Assembly: GCA_043813075.1 (NCBI GenBank)
Contig: JBDRLL010000006.1
Location: 46,533 to 110,532 of the forward strand
DNA length: 64,000 bases
Direction of reading: 5' to 3'
From: Candidatus Altiarchaeota archaeon
Lineage (GTDB): Archaea > Altiarchaeota > Altiarchaeia > IMC4 > SCGC-AAA252-I15
Part shown: one piece after another, positions 43,454 through 52,987 of the stretch
Layout of the letters: the number at the start of each line of letters is the position of its first letter
Position numbering within the stretch: position 1 is the stretch's first letter
The notes under the pieces: generated by a model
What the model saw: the letters and a program-made list of their open reading frames with translations, nothing else
Databases searched by the model: none
Told to the model about the DNA's origin: nothing
Made by a program: the position numbers and the translations under genes

Positions 43454-43714
43454 TTATCGTAGTAGTTTTAGTGCTTGTCGGCAGGTCATGCCTTTTTTTA
43501 TCCCTAGTTGGCTTGCTTTGCTGGTGCAGGCCTTTATTTTGGCGTTTAGAGCGTCTTCTGGCGTGTTGACGCCGGTTACTGTGCATGCGGTGTGGCCGAG
43601 TTTTTCGGCTGTCTCCATGTTTAGGAGTCCGCACATTACGTATCCTTTTCTGGCTTTTAGGAGGACTAGGTTGTGTGGGCCGAGGTTGATTGTGTGTTCT
43701 TCGTGGTCTGTCAT
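43454..43714 (-). CDS. YunC/DUF1805 family protein (86 aa)
   Basis: KGYVMCGLLN...A..VTGV.T.ED.L.A.I...T..A..LGI..GM; ATG 43714 overlaps the argB stop. Confidence 0.85.
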   Translation of the reverse strand: MTDHEEHTINLGPHNLVLLKARKGYVMCGLLNMETAEKLGHTACTVTGVNTPEDALNAKIKACTSKASQLGIKKGMTCRQALKLLR

Positions 43715-44562
43715 TCGTCTTTCACTTTTCTCTTGGTTATCATTGTCCCGGTTCCGGTTGCGGTTAGTATTTCCTCGAGTACTGCGTGTCTTGATGCTTT
43801 GACTATGTGTGTGCGGTCTACCCCGTTTTCTAGCGCGTGGATGCATGCCTCTAGCTTGGGTATCATACCGCCTTTGATGAAGTCTTGTTTGATGAGTTTT
43901 TTTGTCTCCAGCAGGGTTAGTCTTTTGACCAGGTTGTTTTTCTTGTCTAGGACTCCCTCCACGTTGGTGAGTAGTATTAGTTTGCTGGCGTTGAGTGCTA
44001 CGGCGAGTTTTGCTGCTGCGGTGTCCGCGTTTATGTTGTATGTCATACCGCCGGGGCCGAGCCCTATTGGGGAGATTACGGGTATGTAGTCGTTGTCTAG
44101 CTGCGTTTTCACTATCTTGGGGTTTACCTTCTTGACTTCGCCCACGTATCCTAGGTCGATTTCTGAGTCGACTTTGGATGCCTGGAATAGGCTTCCGGAC
44201 TGGCCGGATATTCCGACGGCGTTTCCTTCCTGGGTGTTTATGAGGGATACGAGTTCTGTGTTTACCTTGCCTGTCAGCACCATTTCGACTATGTCCATCG
44301 TCTCCCGGTCTGTGACTCTGAGTCCTTTCACGAACGTGGGTTTCTTCCCGAATTTCTCCATTGCCTCTGTGATTTCGACTCCGCCACCGTGGACTAGGAC
44401 GACTTTTATGCCAACCAGGTTGAGGAACATCAGGTCTTTTGCTACTGATAGCAGAACATCCTTGTCCAGCATGGTTTCGCCGCCTAGTTTTACGACGAAA
44501 ACCTGGCCTCTGAAGCGTCGTACATACTCTAATGCTTCGGTCAGCAGCTCTGAAGCCTTCAT
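43711..44562 (-). CDS. argB: Acetylglutamate kinase
   Basis: VVKLGG, VHGGG, GLRVTD, NINAD, GGMIPKL. Confidence 0.96.
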   Translation of the reverse strand: MKASELLTEALEYVRRFRGQVFVVKLGGETMLDKDVLLSVAKDLMFLNLVGIKVVLVHGGGVEITEAMEKFGKKPTFVKGLRVTDRETMDIVEMVLTGKVNTELVSLINTQEGNAVGISGQSGSLFQASKVDSEIDLGYVGEVKKVNPKIVKTQLDNDYIPVISPIGLGPGGMTYNINADTAAAKLAVALNASKLILLTNVEGVLDKKNNLVKRLTLLETKKLIKQDFIKGGMIPKLEACIHALENGVDRTHIVKASRHAVLEEILTATGTGTMITKRKVKDE

Positions 44563-44656
44563 TTTTAATTTAAGGTGTAAACAAGTCTATAAATCAAAAT
44601 ATTGGGGGTCTGGGGATGTTTTTATACTACATCTTCCATACAATAACTCATTCAAG

Positions 44657-45304
44657 ATGTATGTCATAATTATCGGGTGTGGGGGCATTGGGAAGGCTCT
44701 GGCGACGCATTTGACTAGTGAGGGTAATGAGGTTGTTGTTATTGAGGAGGATGAGGAGCGTGCGAAGTCCATTGCAGAGGGCATGGATGTCATAGTGATT
44801 CACGGTGACGCTAGTGACACGAATATCCTGAAGGATGCGGGGGTTGAGAGGGCTGATGCTGCTGCCGTGTTGACTGCTGACGACAACATTAATCTTGCCA
44901 TATGCCAGATGCTGAAGAAGTATAATGTCCCTAAGATCATAGCCAGGGTCAATGACCCGGGTAAGAAGGACTTGTATATCAGCCTTGAGATTACGGCGGC
45001 GATAAGCATTGTTTCCGCTGCTGTCAGCCAGTTCAAGAATGCTTTGACTAAGGAGAGGGGTAGGAGTATGGTTTCTATTGCCGGCGGTAACGCGGAGGTT
45101 ATAGAGGTTAAGATCAGTAATGAGAAGCTTGATGGCCGTAAAATCAAGGATATCGGGCTTCCAAATGGTTCTACCATAGGCATGATCTATCGTAATGGCG
45201 AGGTTATTATCTGTTCTAAGGATACGATCATCAAGAAGGATGATGTTGCCATCGTCATCACTAAGACTGATGTCATCCAGGATGTTTCAGCCATACTGAA
45301 GTAG
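44657..45304 (+). CDS. trkA: TrkA-family potassium uptake regulatory subunit
   Basis: MYVIIIGCGGIG, HGDASD, TrkA-C domain; ATG 44657. Confidence 0.9.
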   Translation: MYVIIIGCGGIGKALATHLTSEGNEVVVIEEDEERAKSIAEGMDVIVIHGDASDTNILKDAGVERADAAAVLTADDNINLAICQMLKKYNVPKIIARVNDPGKKDLYISLEITAAISIVSAAVSQFKNALTKERGRSMVSIAGGNAEVIEVKISNEKLDGRKIKDIGLPNGSTIGMIYRNGEVIICSKDTIIKKDDVAIVITKTDVIQDVSAILK

Positions 45305-45307
45305 GGT

Positions 45308-45574
45308 TTATATCATCCCGAAGAAGTGTAGGAATATTAGAGTGCCTACTCCGGGGAAACCGAATAGTGTTGTTATTATTAGCGTCGCATAGTTTATGGG
45401 TATGTCCACGTCCATGAGGTAGTGTAGTGCGAGTAGGAGGCTTAATGCTCCGACACTGTTTAGTACTAGTACTAGTAGTCTTTGGATTAGTTTTTGGATT
45501 ATGGACCATGTTATTATGACCAGCATTATGGTTAGTAGCAGGGATATTATGGCGGCAATCAGGTACTCTATCAT
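45308..45574 (-). CDS. BofA-like small membrane protein (88 aa)
   Basis: NSVG...IPIN.AT....FGFPG pattern; ATG 45574. Confidence 0.72.
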   Translation of the reverse strand: MIEYLIAAIISLLLTIMLVIITWSIIQKLIQRLLVLVLNSVGALSLLLALHYLMDVDIPINYATLIITTLFGFPGVGTLIFLHFFGMI

Positions 45575-45632
45575 CTTGCGTAAGTATTGGTTTTTTATTC
45601 GTATTAACCGTATAAGTAAAACCAGTATGCCG

Positions 45633-45705
45633 GGGACCGTGGGGTAGCTTGGTATCCTTCTAGCTTTGGGAGCTAGTGACTCGAGTTCGAATCTCGACGG
45701 TCCCA
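45633..45705 (+). tRNA. tRNA-Pro(TGG), intronless
   Basis: GGGACCG/CGGTCCC-A, CTAGC-TT-TGG-GA-GCTAG, TCGAG-TTCGAAT-CTCGA. Confidence 0.95.
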
Positions 45706-45825
45706 TTTATTGCTCATGCGGTGTGCACAAACTAGCGTCATCGCGAAGCTTCCGACCCGTAAGGGTCGGTAGGAGGTGTCGGAACCTTATGTTCTGACTT
45801 CAAGTCTCGACGGTCCCATTTATTG
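45692..45825 (+). repeat. 21-bp direct repeat of the tRNA-Pro 3' end (45692-45712 and 45805-45825) enclosing a hairpin cassette
   Basis: TCTCGACGGTCCCATTTATTG twice, 113 bp apart; hairpins CCGACCC-GTAA-GGGTCGG and GTCGGAAC-CTTAT-GTTCTGAC lie between. Confidence 0.88.
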
Positions 45826-45839
45826 TTTTTATTTGGGTT

Positions 45840-46256
45840 TTATTCGTCGATTTGGGTGGAGCCGGTGTTTTCCTTGTTCATCACTACTTCGACTTGCTCT
45901 AGCTCGACGTCTGTCTCGGACTCGAATATGGGCACTTTCAGGTCCCATTTTTCGGGGAATAGTTCAGCGAAGGTTAGTTTTACGTGGAGTTCTTGTAGTA
46001 TTATCACGCGGCGTATGGACTTTACGAATACTAGGAGTAGGAGTAGGAGTATTAGTATGCCGCCGATGGCTTGGAGTAGCGTGTCTGCGGTCACCCCGAT
46101 TAGTGCTTGCGTGGTGAATCCTACAGCGAATGCTATCATGGTGGAGAATAGGATTATGTCCAGGTTTATCTTGGCCCGGACACTTGATTTTATGATCGTC
46201 AGCGTCCGCTGGTATCTTTCCCGGTTAGCCTGGAATGTGATTATCTCGTACTCCAC
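45840..46256 (-). CDS. Hypothetical 2-TM membrane protein
   Basis: Two hydrophobic segments; co-oriented with the upstream gene pair. Confidence 0.65.
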   Translation of the reverse strand: MEYEIITFQANRERYQRTLTIIKSSVRAKINLDIILFSTMIAFAVGFTTQALIGVTADTLLQAIGGILILLLLLLVFVKSIRRVIILQELHVKLTFAELFPEKWDLKVPIFESETDVELEQVEVVMNKENTGSTQIDE

Positions 46257-46289
46257 GTTAAATTATGGGTTGAGTAGTGTATTAAAAGT

Positions 46290-46685
46290 CTAGGATTCTA
46301 TCTTGAGTATCTTGTCCCTTGTTTCCATTATCTTATCCCTGTTTTTATGGAGCACTTCAAGGGGGTCGCATCCTTCTTTGTTTGATATGAAGACTGCGAG
46401 GGCGGTGTCAGAGTATGTTAGCGTCTGGAATCCAACGCCGTATCCGAGAAGTTCAACGTATGTTTTGTCTATGGCGTAGTCAGTGTATTTCGCGATTACC
46501 TCTAGCTCGTCGTTTATGCACTCGCTCAATGGCTCCCATATTTCTGAAACCTGTTCCTTGAAGTCTTCCGGGAAAATAACGATGCCTTCAAGCCCTCTTT
46601 TCGTGACCATGCATGCTTGTATCTCTCCCACGTCTTCGTAGAGTCTCTGTAGTGCTGTCTGTATCTGCTCTAGATTGCTCTGCAT
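46290..46685 (-). CDS. Roadblock/LC7-like protein (divergent)
   Basis: 131 aa, helix-beta-beta-helix-beta pattern (L..L...VGEIQACMVTKRG). Confidence 0.55.
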   Translation of the reverse strand: MQSNLEQIQTALQRLYEDVGEIQACMVTKRGLEGIVIFPEDFKEQVSEIWEPLSECINDELEVIAKYTDYAIDKTYVELLGYGVGFQTLTYSDTALAVFISNKEGCDPLEVLHKNRDKIMETRDKILKIES

Positions 46686-47422
46686 TACACTTCCACCATT
46701 ATTCCGTTTGTAGTGAATTTAAGTGGGAACAGGGAGACATCTATTTTTGTGCTCCTCATCTTCCGGACTGAAAGGAGCCGCTCGTGTTCCCCGCCCAGCG
46801 TGCTTATCTGTAGTAGTATCACCCCGTCTGCCGCGAACTCGCTTATAGTGTCTCTCGACAGGTAGCTGCTCTGGTCCGCGACCTCAGACACCAGTAGTGA
46901 TGTGACGTTAAGCTGGTTTATTTCGCCGATTATGTAGTACACGTCCCTTCTTGACACTGAGTGCTCTTTTGGCGGGAATTTTATCTTGCTCTGCTGGCGG
47001 CGCATGTTGCTCATGTCCTTGGATATGTTGGAGTGGTATATCACGCCGTGCTCCATCATGGTTGTGAGCGAGTCCAGGACCAGCCGCTTCGCATTTATGC
47101 GTGAGACTGCTTCTTTTATCGATTCCAGCGTGTCGCCTATATCGTCTGTTTCCGCCACGAATATGTTGAATAGCTTCTTTTTTTCCAGGGATTCCAGGTC
47201 CCAGTTGAACTGTTCTGCCTGCTGCAGTATCTTCTCCCTTGATTCCTCGAAGGTTATGTATAGGCCTGGCTCGCCTTCCAGCGCGCCTTTGTAGAGGAAT
47301 TGCAGGGTTAGTATAGTCTTGCCTGTGCCGCATGAACCGGTTATGAGGGTTGTTGAACCTTCAGGTAGTCCGCCGAACGTGATCTGGTCTAGCCCGTCTA
47401 TGCCTGTCTTGACTCTTTTCAT
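46685..47422 (-). CDS. KaiC/RAD55-like ATPase (single domain)
   Basis: RVKTGIDGLD, GSCGTGKT, YITFEE, RLVLDSL, ADGVI, RKMRST. Confidence 0.92.
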   Translation of the reverse strand: MKRVKTGIDGLDQITFGGLPEGSTTLITGSCGTGKTILTLQFLYKGALEGEPGLYITFEESREKILQQAEQFNWDLESLEKKKLFNIFVAETDDIGDTLESIKEAVSRINAKRLVLDSLTTMMEHGVIYHSNISKDMSNMRRQQSKIKFPPKEHSVSRRDVYYIIGEINQLNVTSLLVSEVADQSSYLSRDTISEFAADGVILLQISTLGGEHERLLSVRKMRSTKIDVSLFPLKFTTNGIMVEV

Positions 47423-47464
47423 AGTTAAACACCTTAAGGATTATTTGATTCGGGGTTAATTAGT

Positions 47465-48391
47465 TTACCAGTGTTTGGGGACGTCGACTTCCATGAAGTC
47501 TTCCGCGATGTATGACTCCGTGAATTTTTCACGCGCCTCTGCTTCGAGTTTTTCGGTTTCACTGTATCGTTGGCTTATGTGGGTCAGGTATAGTTTTTTT
47601 GCGTTGGCTTTCGCCGCGATTTCGGCTGCTTCTGGGATTGTTGTGTGGGCGGCGTCTTTTGTCTGTTCGGCGTCTTCACCGCTGAATGATGCTTCGTGCA
47701 CGAGTATGTCAGCGTCTTTCGCTAGTCTGATGACGTTACCGCATGGGCGGGTGTCTCCGGAGACTATTATTTTTCTGCCTGGTATGGGGTCGTCTAGGAC
47801 TTCCTCAGGTTTTATTGTGCTGCCGTCCAGCTCCACTTCCTGGCCTCTCTGTAGTCTGCCGAACAGCCTGCCTTCTGGGATCCCCATTTCTAATGCTTTT
47901 TTCTTGAGGAATCTTCGGTATGGTTTTTCTTCGAAGCAGTATGCCAGGCTGTTTGCGGTGTGTATTGTTTTCGCGCAGGTGACGGTGTAGTTTTTGCCTT
48001 CGCATACTGGGCCTGGTTCCACTTCATGGAGGTTTAGCTTGAAGTTTTTGAGTTGGAATGTTCCTGCCGAGAGTAGGGTGTTTATCGCGTTTTTTGTGCC
48101 TGCAGGGCCGTGTATTGTCAGTTCCCTGTCTCGTTCAAGGAAGTCCATGCTCTGTATCATGCCGCCTATCCCTAGGAAGTGGTCTGCGTGCAGGTGGGTG
48201 AGGAATATGTGGTCGAGTTTCATGAAGTTGAGTCCTGCCTTTCGCATCTGCCTTTGGGTTCCTTCCCCGACGTCGAATAGGAATGGTTCGCCGAGGAATT
48301 CAAGGTATAGGGAGGGCAGGTTCCGCGTCTCTGTCGGCACGCATCCGCCGGTACCGAGGAATATGAGCCTCATTGAGGATGTCATAGCCAT
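47465..48391 (-). CDS. rnz: Ribonuclease Z
   Basis: FLGTGG..PT, FDVGEGTQRQ, THLHADH, SGDT, HEAS, THISQRY. Confidence 0.96.
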   Translation of the reverse strand: MAMTSSMRLIFLGTGGCVPTETRNLPSLYLEFLGEPFLFDVGEGTQRQMRKAGLNFMKLDHIFLTHLHADHFLGIGGMIQSMDFLERDRELTIHGPAGTKNAINTLLSAGTFQLKNFKLNLHEVEPGPVCEGKNYTVTCAKTIHTANSLAYCFEEKPYRRFLKKKALEMGIPEGRLFGRLQRGQEVELDGSTIKPEEVLDDPIPGRKIIVSGDTRPCGNVIRLAKDADILVHEASFSGEDAEQTKDAAHTTIPEAAEIAAKANAKKLYLTHISQRYSETEKLEAEAREKFTESYIAEDFMEVDVPKHW

Positions 48392-48438
48392 ATAAATTAA
48401 GTTGCATGTACTAAAAGCTGTTTTGCGTATTATTACTT

Positions 48439-49260
48439 ATGGTGACTCGCGGTAGGACGCGTGGCTCGAGGCAGGATTCTGTTGGTCGTGGACCTGGGGA
48501 CTTGGAGCTCTATGACCATGCGGGCAGGGTTGTCTCTAGGAAGCGTGCGGGCTCTGACGTGTGGGTTAGCGATGATATGTTGAGCAGCCCATTCTTGGAC
48601 AGTAGGAGGGTTGCTGTCGTGGGGGATGCCGTTGATTTAAGGGCTAAGGCTGAGGAAGTCCAGCGTAGGCTTGTTAGGAAGGATGCGTTGAATTATCTTG
48701 AATTCGTTTCGACGATCGATAATTCAAGTAAGATTTTCAAGTATATTGTCGAGAGGCAGGATAGTGTTGGGGGCATTCCGAAAGAGGAGTCTGACTTCTG
48801 CTCTAGACTCGGGTTTGACAGACACATGTATTACTATGCTAGGGATGATTTGGGGGAGTCCAGTTTGGAGGAGTATGCTAGGGATAGGAGGGGGTTGCTT
48901 GAGCGGCATGGCTTGAGGGACTTCAAGTCTTACGGAAGGTTTTTGTCGATGGCTTTTCCGGGGGTGAGAGACGTTAGGGTTATTAGGGATACTGAAAGGG
49001 CTTTTTTCGCCTATCTTGCTGAGCCTCTGCTTGAGGCGGTGTCGAAAGCCGGGAGTCCGGACGAGTCTTTGTCCAACTTCAAGATGATAACAGACCAGTT
49101 CCCCCCGAAATACAGGCCAGGCCTGTTCATATCCTTGGGTAGGCATCCTTCAGCGGTTGAGCGGTTAGCTGGGATCGGGTGGACTGACCAGGATGGTTTG
49201 AAGGATTTTTTCACGCGTTTCCTTAGGAACCCTGAAGCATTCGATGGGATAGTCACTTGA
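48439..49260 (+). CDS. Hypothetical (orphan-like) protein
   Basis: 273-aa ATG ORF between rnz and hisD with an Arg-rich N-terminus. Confidence 0.6.
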   Translation: MVTRGRTRGSRQDSVGRGPGDLELYDHAGRVVSRKRAGSDVWVSDDMLSSPFLDSRRVAVVGDAVDLRAKAEEVQRRLVRKDALNYLEFVSTIDNSSKIFKYIVERQDSVGGIPKEESDFCSRLGFDRHMYYYARDDLGESSLEEYARDRRGLLERHGLRDFKSYGRFLSMAFPGVRDVRVIRDTERAFFAYLAEPLLEAVSKAGSPDESLSNFKMITDQFPPKYRPGLFISLGRHPSAVERLAGIGWTDQDGLKDFFTRFLRNPEAFDGIVT

Positions 49261-50521
49261 GACGCTCTTGAACGCTCTTACGGTGTTCTAGCAGGCCCTC
49301 TTCCTGCGCCAGCGTTATTATGGTGTTAGAGAGCCTTTTAAGCCCTTCCTTAGTCATCTCTTGGACGCATGTGGTCTTCAGGAAGTCTCTTACGGAGAGG
49401 GGTGAGCTGAACCTGGCGGCCCCGCTCGTCGGGAGCACGTGGTTGCCTCCAGACGCGTAGTCCCCTGCCGCTACGGGACTGTAGGGGCCTAGGAACACAG
49501 CTCCTGCGTTGCGTATTTCAGCTGCTATTTTAGTGGGGTTTTTAACCAGTATTTCAAGGTGTTCAGGCGCGTATTTGTTGGCGTATTCCACGGCAAAACG
49601 CTTGTTTTTGACTATTACTGCGGCCATGTTTTCCCTGCTTTTTTTGAGTATTTCAGACCGTCCTGAGGCCCTTATCATGGCCTCCAGTTCTGAGTTCACT
49701 GCTTTGACTAGTTTTGGCGAGTCTGTCGCCAGTATGCATTGGGCGTTTGGGTCGTGTTCTGCTTGGGCCAGCAGGTCTGACGCTATGATGGAGGGTTTTG
49801 CTGAGGAGTCTGCTATTATCAGGATTTCGCTTGGTCCTGCAGGCATGTCTATGTCTACTGTCCCGTACACCAGCATTTTGGCTGCAGTAACGTACTTGTT
49901 GCCTGGCCCGACTATCTTGTCAACCGGCTGGACGTGTCTTGTGCCGTAGGCTAGTGCTGCTATGGCTTGGGCGCCTCCCATACGGTATACCTCATCTGCC
50001 CCAGCTATTTTTGCGGCTGCTAGGACGGCGTCTGGGATTGGGGGTGGGGAGGCTACGGCAATCCTTTCGACTCCAGCGATCTTGGCTGGAACGCAGTTCA
50101 TGAGGACTGTTGACGGATAGCTGGCCAGTCCTCCGGGGGCATAGCATCCTACGCTTTTGAGTGGAGTGGTTTTTTCACCGACCTTGACGCCTTCCTCAAC
50201 ATAGTAGTCCCATTCTGCATCAATCTCCTTGTACTGGATTGAGTGGAAGGCTTTTATGTTTTTATGAGCCTTCTTAAGGGCCTTGACTATGGTGGGTATG
50301 CGTTGGGATGCTGCTTTGATCTCTTTTTCTGTGACACGCATGTTTCCAGGGCTTAGACTGTATTTGTCGAACTTCCGGGTGTACTTGGTCAATGCCTTGT
50401 CCCCGTTCTTCCTGACGTCTTCCACTATAGGCCTTACTGACTCTAGTACCTGGTTGTAGTCCAGGTTTGTGCGTGATATTAGTTCTTCAGCTTTTCTGCC
50501 AGGATAGTTTACAGTCTTCAT
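49253..50521 (-). CDS. hisD: Histidinol dehydrogenase
   Basis: GGAQAIAALAYGT, GPGN, DMPAGPSE, QAEH, APEHL, GDYASGGNHVLPT. Confidence 0.97.
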   Translation of the reverse strand: MKTVNYPGRKAEELISRTNLDYNQVLESVRPIVEDVRKNGDKALTKYTRKFDKYSLSPGNMRVTEKEIKAASQRIPTIVKALKKAHKNIKAFHSIQYKEIDAEWDYYVEEGVKVGEKTTPLKSVGCYAPGGLASYPSTVLMNCVPAKIAGVERIAVASPPPIPDAVLAAAKIAGADEVYRMGGAQAIAALAYGTRHVQPVDKIVGPGNKYVTAAKMLVYGTVDIDMPAGPSEILIIADSSAKPSIIASDLLAQAEHDPNAQCILATDSPKLVKAVNSELEAMIRASGRSEILKKSRENMAAVIVKNKRFAVEYANKYAPEHLEILVKNPTKIAAEIRNAGAVFLGPYSPVAAGDYASGGNHVLPTSGAARFSSPLSVRDFLKTTCVQEMTKEGLKRLSNTIITLAQEEGLLEHRKSVQERLK

Positions 50522-50571
50522 TTCAGTTAATTATTCTCCTTTTTGTTAAAATCCTTGCTCTTTATCGGGAA

Positions 50572-51360
50572 TCATTTTTTCCTGTGCTTTATTTCATTTC
50601 GTACTGACCTTAAATTATCCATTACTTTGACGATAACGCCATGAGATTCGTCATATTTTCGGACATAGCTTCTATCATCAAATAAGAACTTTTCAGCGTA
50701 TTTAAGCTTCATCCAGTCTGTCAGCCCTAGACGATGTGCAAGTATACTTAGTACTGCTTGGTCGTGTCGGTGGCCTTTTACCCTGGGATCTTTTGAGACG
50801 GTGACGGGAAATCCCATTATGCCGCTCCATCTAGCACCATGGAAGCTGACTCCATCAACTGCTTTCTCACACCATTCAGACATTAGTTCAAATGGTTTTT
50901 CTTTGCTTAGGTTTAATCCTACTACGCCAGACCAGCAGCTTCTTATTGAGAATGATTCTTTGCGTGAGATATTGAAGGTTTTTAATGCATCGTCACTGCA
51001 ATACTCTCCGAGACTATGGTATTCGTTGATAAGTAGATAACCTCTTTCCCTGATTATATCGAAGAATGGTTCTGGAGATTTCTTGAGATATATGGAGGAA
51101 TCAACCCATAAGACCAGTTCATATCCCCGGTTATATGCCTCTTTAAAACAGAATGGTTTTGAGCCGTAGGGAACCTGTTCGAATGACGGTGATTCTGGGG
51201 GGTAATCCTTGTCCCATCCGATAAAATCACCATTAAAACCAAGTTCATCCAGTCTTTCCCGAATGCGTTTTATGCCCTTGGGAAAATCCTGCCGGACTTT
51301 TGGTGGAAACCCCGGTAGGTCCGGAGTGTTTATACCCAGGCTAATAACGCATTTTTTCAT
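50572..51360 (-). CDS. GT-A-like hypothetical protein
   Basis: KPFC..EA...GY..VLWVDSS and HRHDQAVLS, a nucleotide-diphospho-sugar transferase-like pattern; AT-richer than neighbours. Confidence 0.6.
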   Translation of the reverse strand: MKKCVISLGINTPDLPGFPPKVRQDFPKGIKRIRERLDELGFNGDFIGWDKDYPPESPSFEQVPYGSKPFCFKEAYNRGYELVLWVDSSIYLKKSPEPFFDIIRERGYLLINEYHSLGEYCSDDALKTFNISRKESFSIRSCWSGVVGLNLSKEKPFELMSEWCEKAVDGVSFHGARWSGIMGFPVTVSKDPRVKGHRHDQAVLSILAHRLGLTDWMKLKYAEKFLFDDRSYVRKYDESHGVIVKVMDNLRSVRNEIKHRKK

Positions 51361-52171
51361 GGCTTAATGTATACTGGACACTCCGGTGGTCATGGAGTGT
51401 CACATATATGTAGGGGTTCGTGACGTTAAGGTATGTGTTCAATAGTGCCTGTATTAATCGCACTGTTATGAAGAAGCATATCGCAGGCATGTTTGTTTCC
51501 CCGCTTAGCTCGGCTTTCGCCACCAGCCAGAGGGTGGTGATTACTAGCGCTAGGAATAGCATGTTTACCTTGAACAGCATATTCTTGTTTTCCAAGCCTA
51601 GTTTAAAGCTTTTCCGCATGCTTTCATAGGCTGTTTTCTTCTCTAATACTGCTATGGGCACAGTGAAGAAGAAGAGTATTGCGAATGCCAGTATAATGAT
51701 GATTGCTGATAGCAGACCCAGTGCTGTGAGTAAGGGCGTGTCTAGTATTATGCCTAGGGCGTTGAGGATGCCGAACACTAGTGAGATTACTATCATGAAT
51801 GAGAACAGGATTATCGCCAGAAGCAGGAGCGTCTTCCAGACCCGCATTGCGTTCTTTAGTGAATCGATTAAGCTTATGCTCCTTCCGGAACGGTAGTCTT
51901 TGACTATCTTAGGGTACATTGCGTATGAGATGACGTCCATGAAGTATAGCAGGAACGTGAATACTGTGAATAGCACTAGCTTGATTGCTAGTGTGTTTAA
52001 TTCCCCTGTAGTGTTCGTTGAGTATAATTCAGCTGCAAGACGGATGCTGAGCACTGCATAGACTGTGTAGAGGAATGTCGTTAGAAGCTTGGGTACAAAC
52101 ACCTTTGGCTGTTTGTAGAGGAGTCTCAGGGATTCAGCGAGTATCTTGAGGGTGTTCATATAATAATACAT
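51341..52171 (-). CDS. Multi-pass membrane protein
   Basis: About six TM segments, P.AVLEKK.A.ESM.KSF.L motif; start may be 52159. Confidence 0.75.
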   Translation of the reverse strand: MYYYMNTLKILAESLRLLYKQPKVFVPKLLTTFLYTVYAVLSIRLAAELYSTNTTGELNTLAIKLVLFTVFTFLLYFMDVISYAMYPKIVKDYRSGRSISLIDSLKNAMRVWKTLLLLAIILFSFMIVISLVFGILNALGIILDTPLLTALGLLSAIIIILAFAILFFFTVPIAVLEKKTAYESMRKSFKLGLENKNMLFKVNMLFLALVITTLWLVAKAELSGETNMPAICFFITVRLIQALLNTYLNVTNPYIYVTLHDHRSVQYTLSHEKMRY

Positions 52172-52199
52172 ATTGAATAGTTATGTAATAGTGGTTTAG

Positions 52200-52484
52200 A
52201 TGGATGAGGGAGGCGCTAACAAGCTGATTAAGACCGGGTTCAACATCGGCTTCCTTTTCCTTATTGTCGGCGTAATCGTCTACTTTAACGAGATGATGGC
52301 CGACGTCTTCGGTGAGATGCTTGATCTGCTGGAGATTTGGACTGTCATAGAGATGATGCCTCTTTACTTGAAGATCATAATAGCGGGCTTTGCGGTGATG
52401 ATTCTGTCGATTTCAATAGGGTTTATGAAGGATAGGGTGGTTGAGATGATGGACTACCTGTTCGGCTGTGATGAAGTGTTCTAG
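52200..52484 (+). CDS. Small membrane protein
   Basis: 94 aa, two hydrophobic segments. Confidence 0.6.
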   Translation: MDEGGANKLIKTGFNIGFLFLIVGVIVYFNEMMADVFGEMLDLLEIWTVIEMMPLYLKIIIAGFAVMILSISIGFMKDRVVEMMDYLFGCDEVF

Positions 52485-52987
52485 GCTTCTTCAAGGAGAT
52501 CGAGGTAAGTGCGCGTCGTGCATTCTTTTCTAGGGACCCCCAGCCTCTCGAGGACATTGAATATGCGTTCCTTATCCAGCAGACTCTTGGACTCTACTTC
52601 GATAAATGATCCTAGGCCTTCGACGTCGTCAAGGCATATCTCAAGCCCCTCAAGCTTGTATAACCGCCTTGTCTTCCGCACGCTACGATACTCCATGAAC
52701 CCGAGCTTTGATAGTATCTCGCCTACCCCTTCTGAAACCTCGTATTCCAGCTCTTCCCTAGTCTTTGTGTCTGAATCCTGGAGCGGGCCTTTATATGTCA
52801 GGTAGCATGAGTCTTTTATGCGGCGTATTCGCAGGGCTTCGTCGGTTTTCCTGAAGTCTCTGTTTGGGTGCGTGTAGTAAGTGTCTTCCTGGACTTCGGT
52901 CTTAACGTATGACGCCCCGATTTTATCGAGTTTCTCTGTTAGGTCCTGGCATCTGGCTTTTACTTCTACTTCAAGCAATAGCATCAC
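52481..52987 (-). CDS. CYTH-domain protein (class IV adenylate cyclase family)
   Basis: EVEVKA, QEDTYY, EALRIR, TYKGP, LGSFIEVE. Confidence 0.92.
   Translation of the reverse strand: MMLLLEVEVKARCQDLTEKLDKIGASYVKTEVQEDTYYTHPNRDFRKTDEALRIRRIKDSCYLTYKGPLQDSDTKTREELEYEVSEGVGEILSKLGFMEYRSVRKTRRLYKLEGLEICLDDVEGLGSFIEVESKSLLDKERIFNVLERLGVPRKECTTRTYLDLLEEA

Noticed and set aside
44093-44656. N-terminal extension of TrkA (403-aa track ORF), and similar extensions on the ferredoxin, purF, rrp4 and fibrillarin ORFs
   Set aside because: The extensions overlap neighbouring genes; family homology begins at internal ATGs.
45692-45804. The tRNA-Pro duplication read as a 59/60 intron
   Set aside because: The bases before the second copy (TTCA) cannot pair with TTCG (54-57), so no BHB forms.
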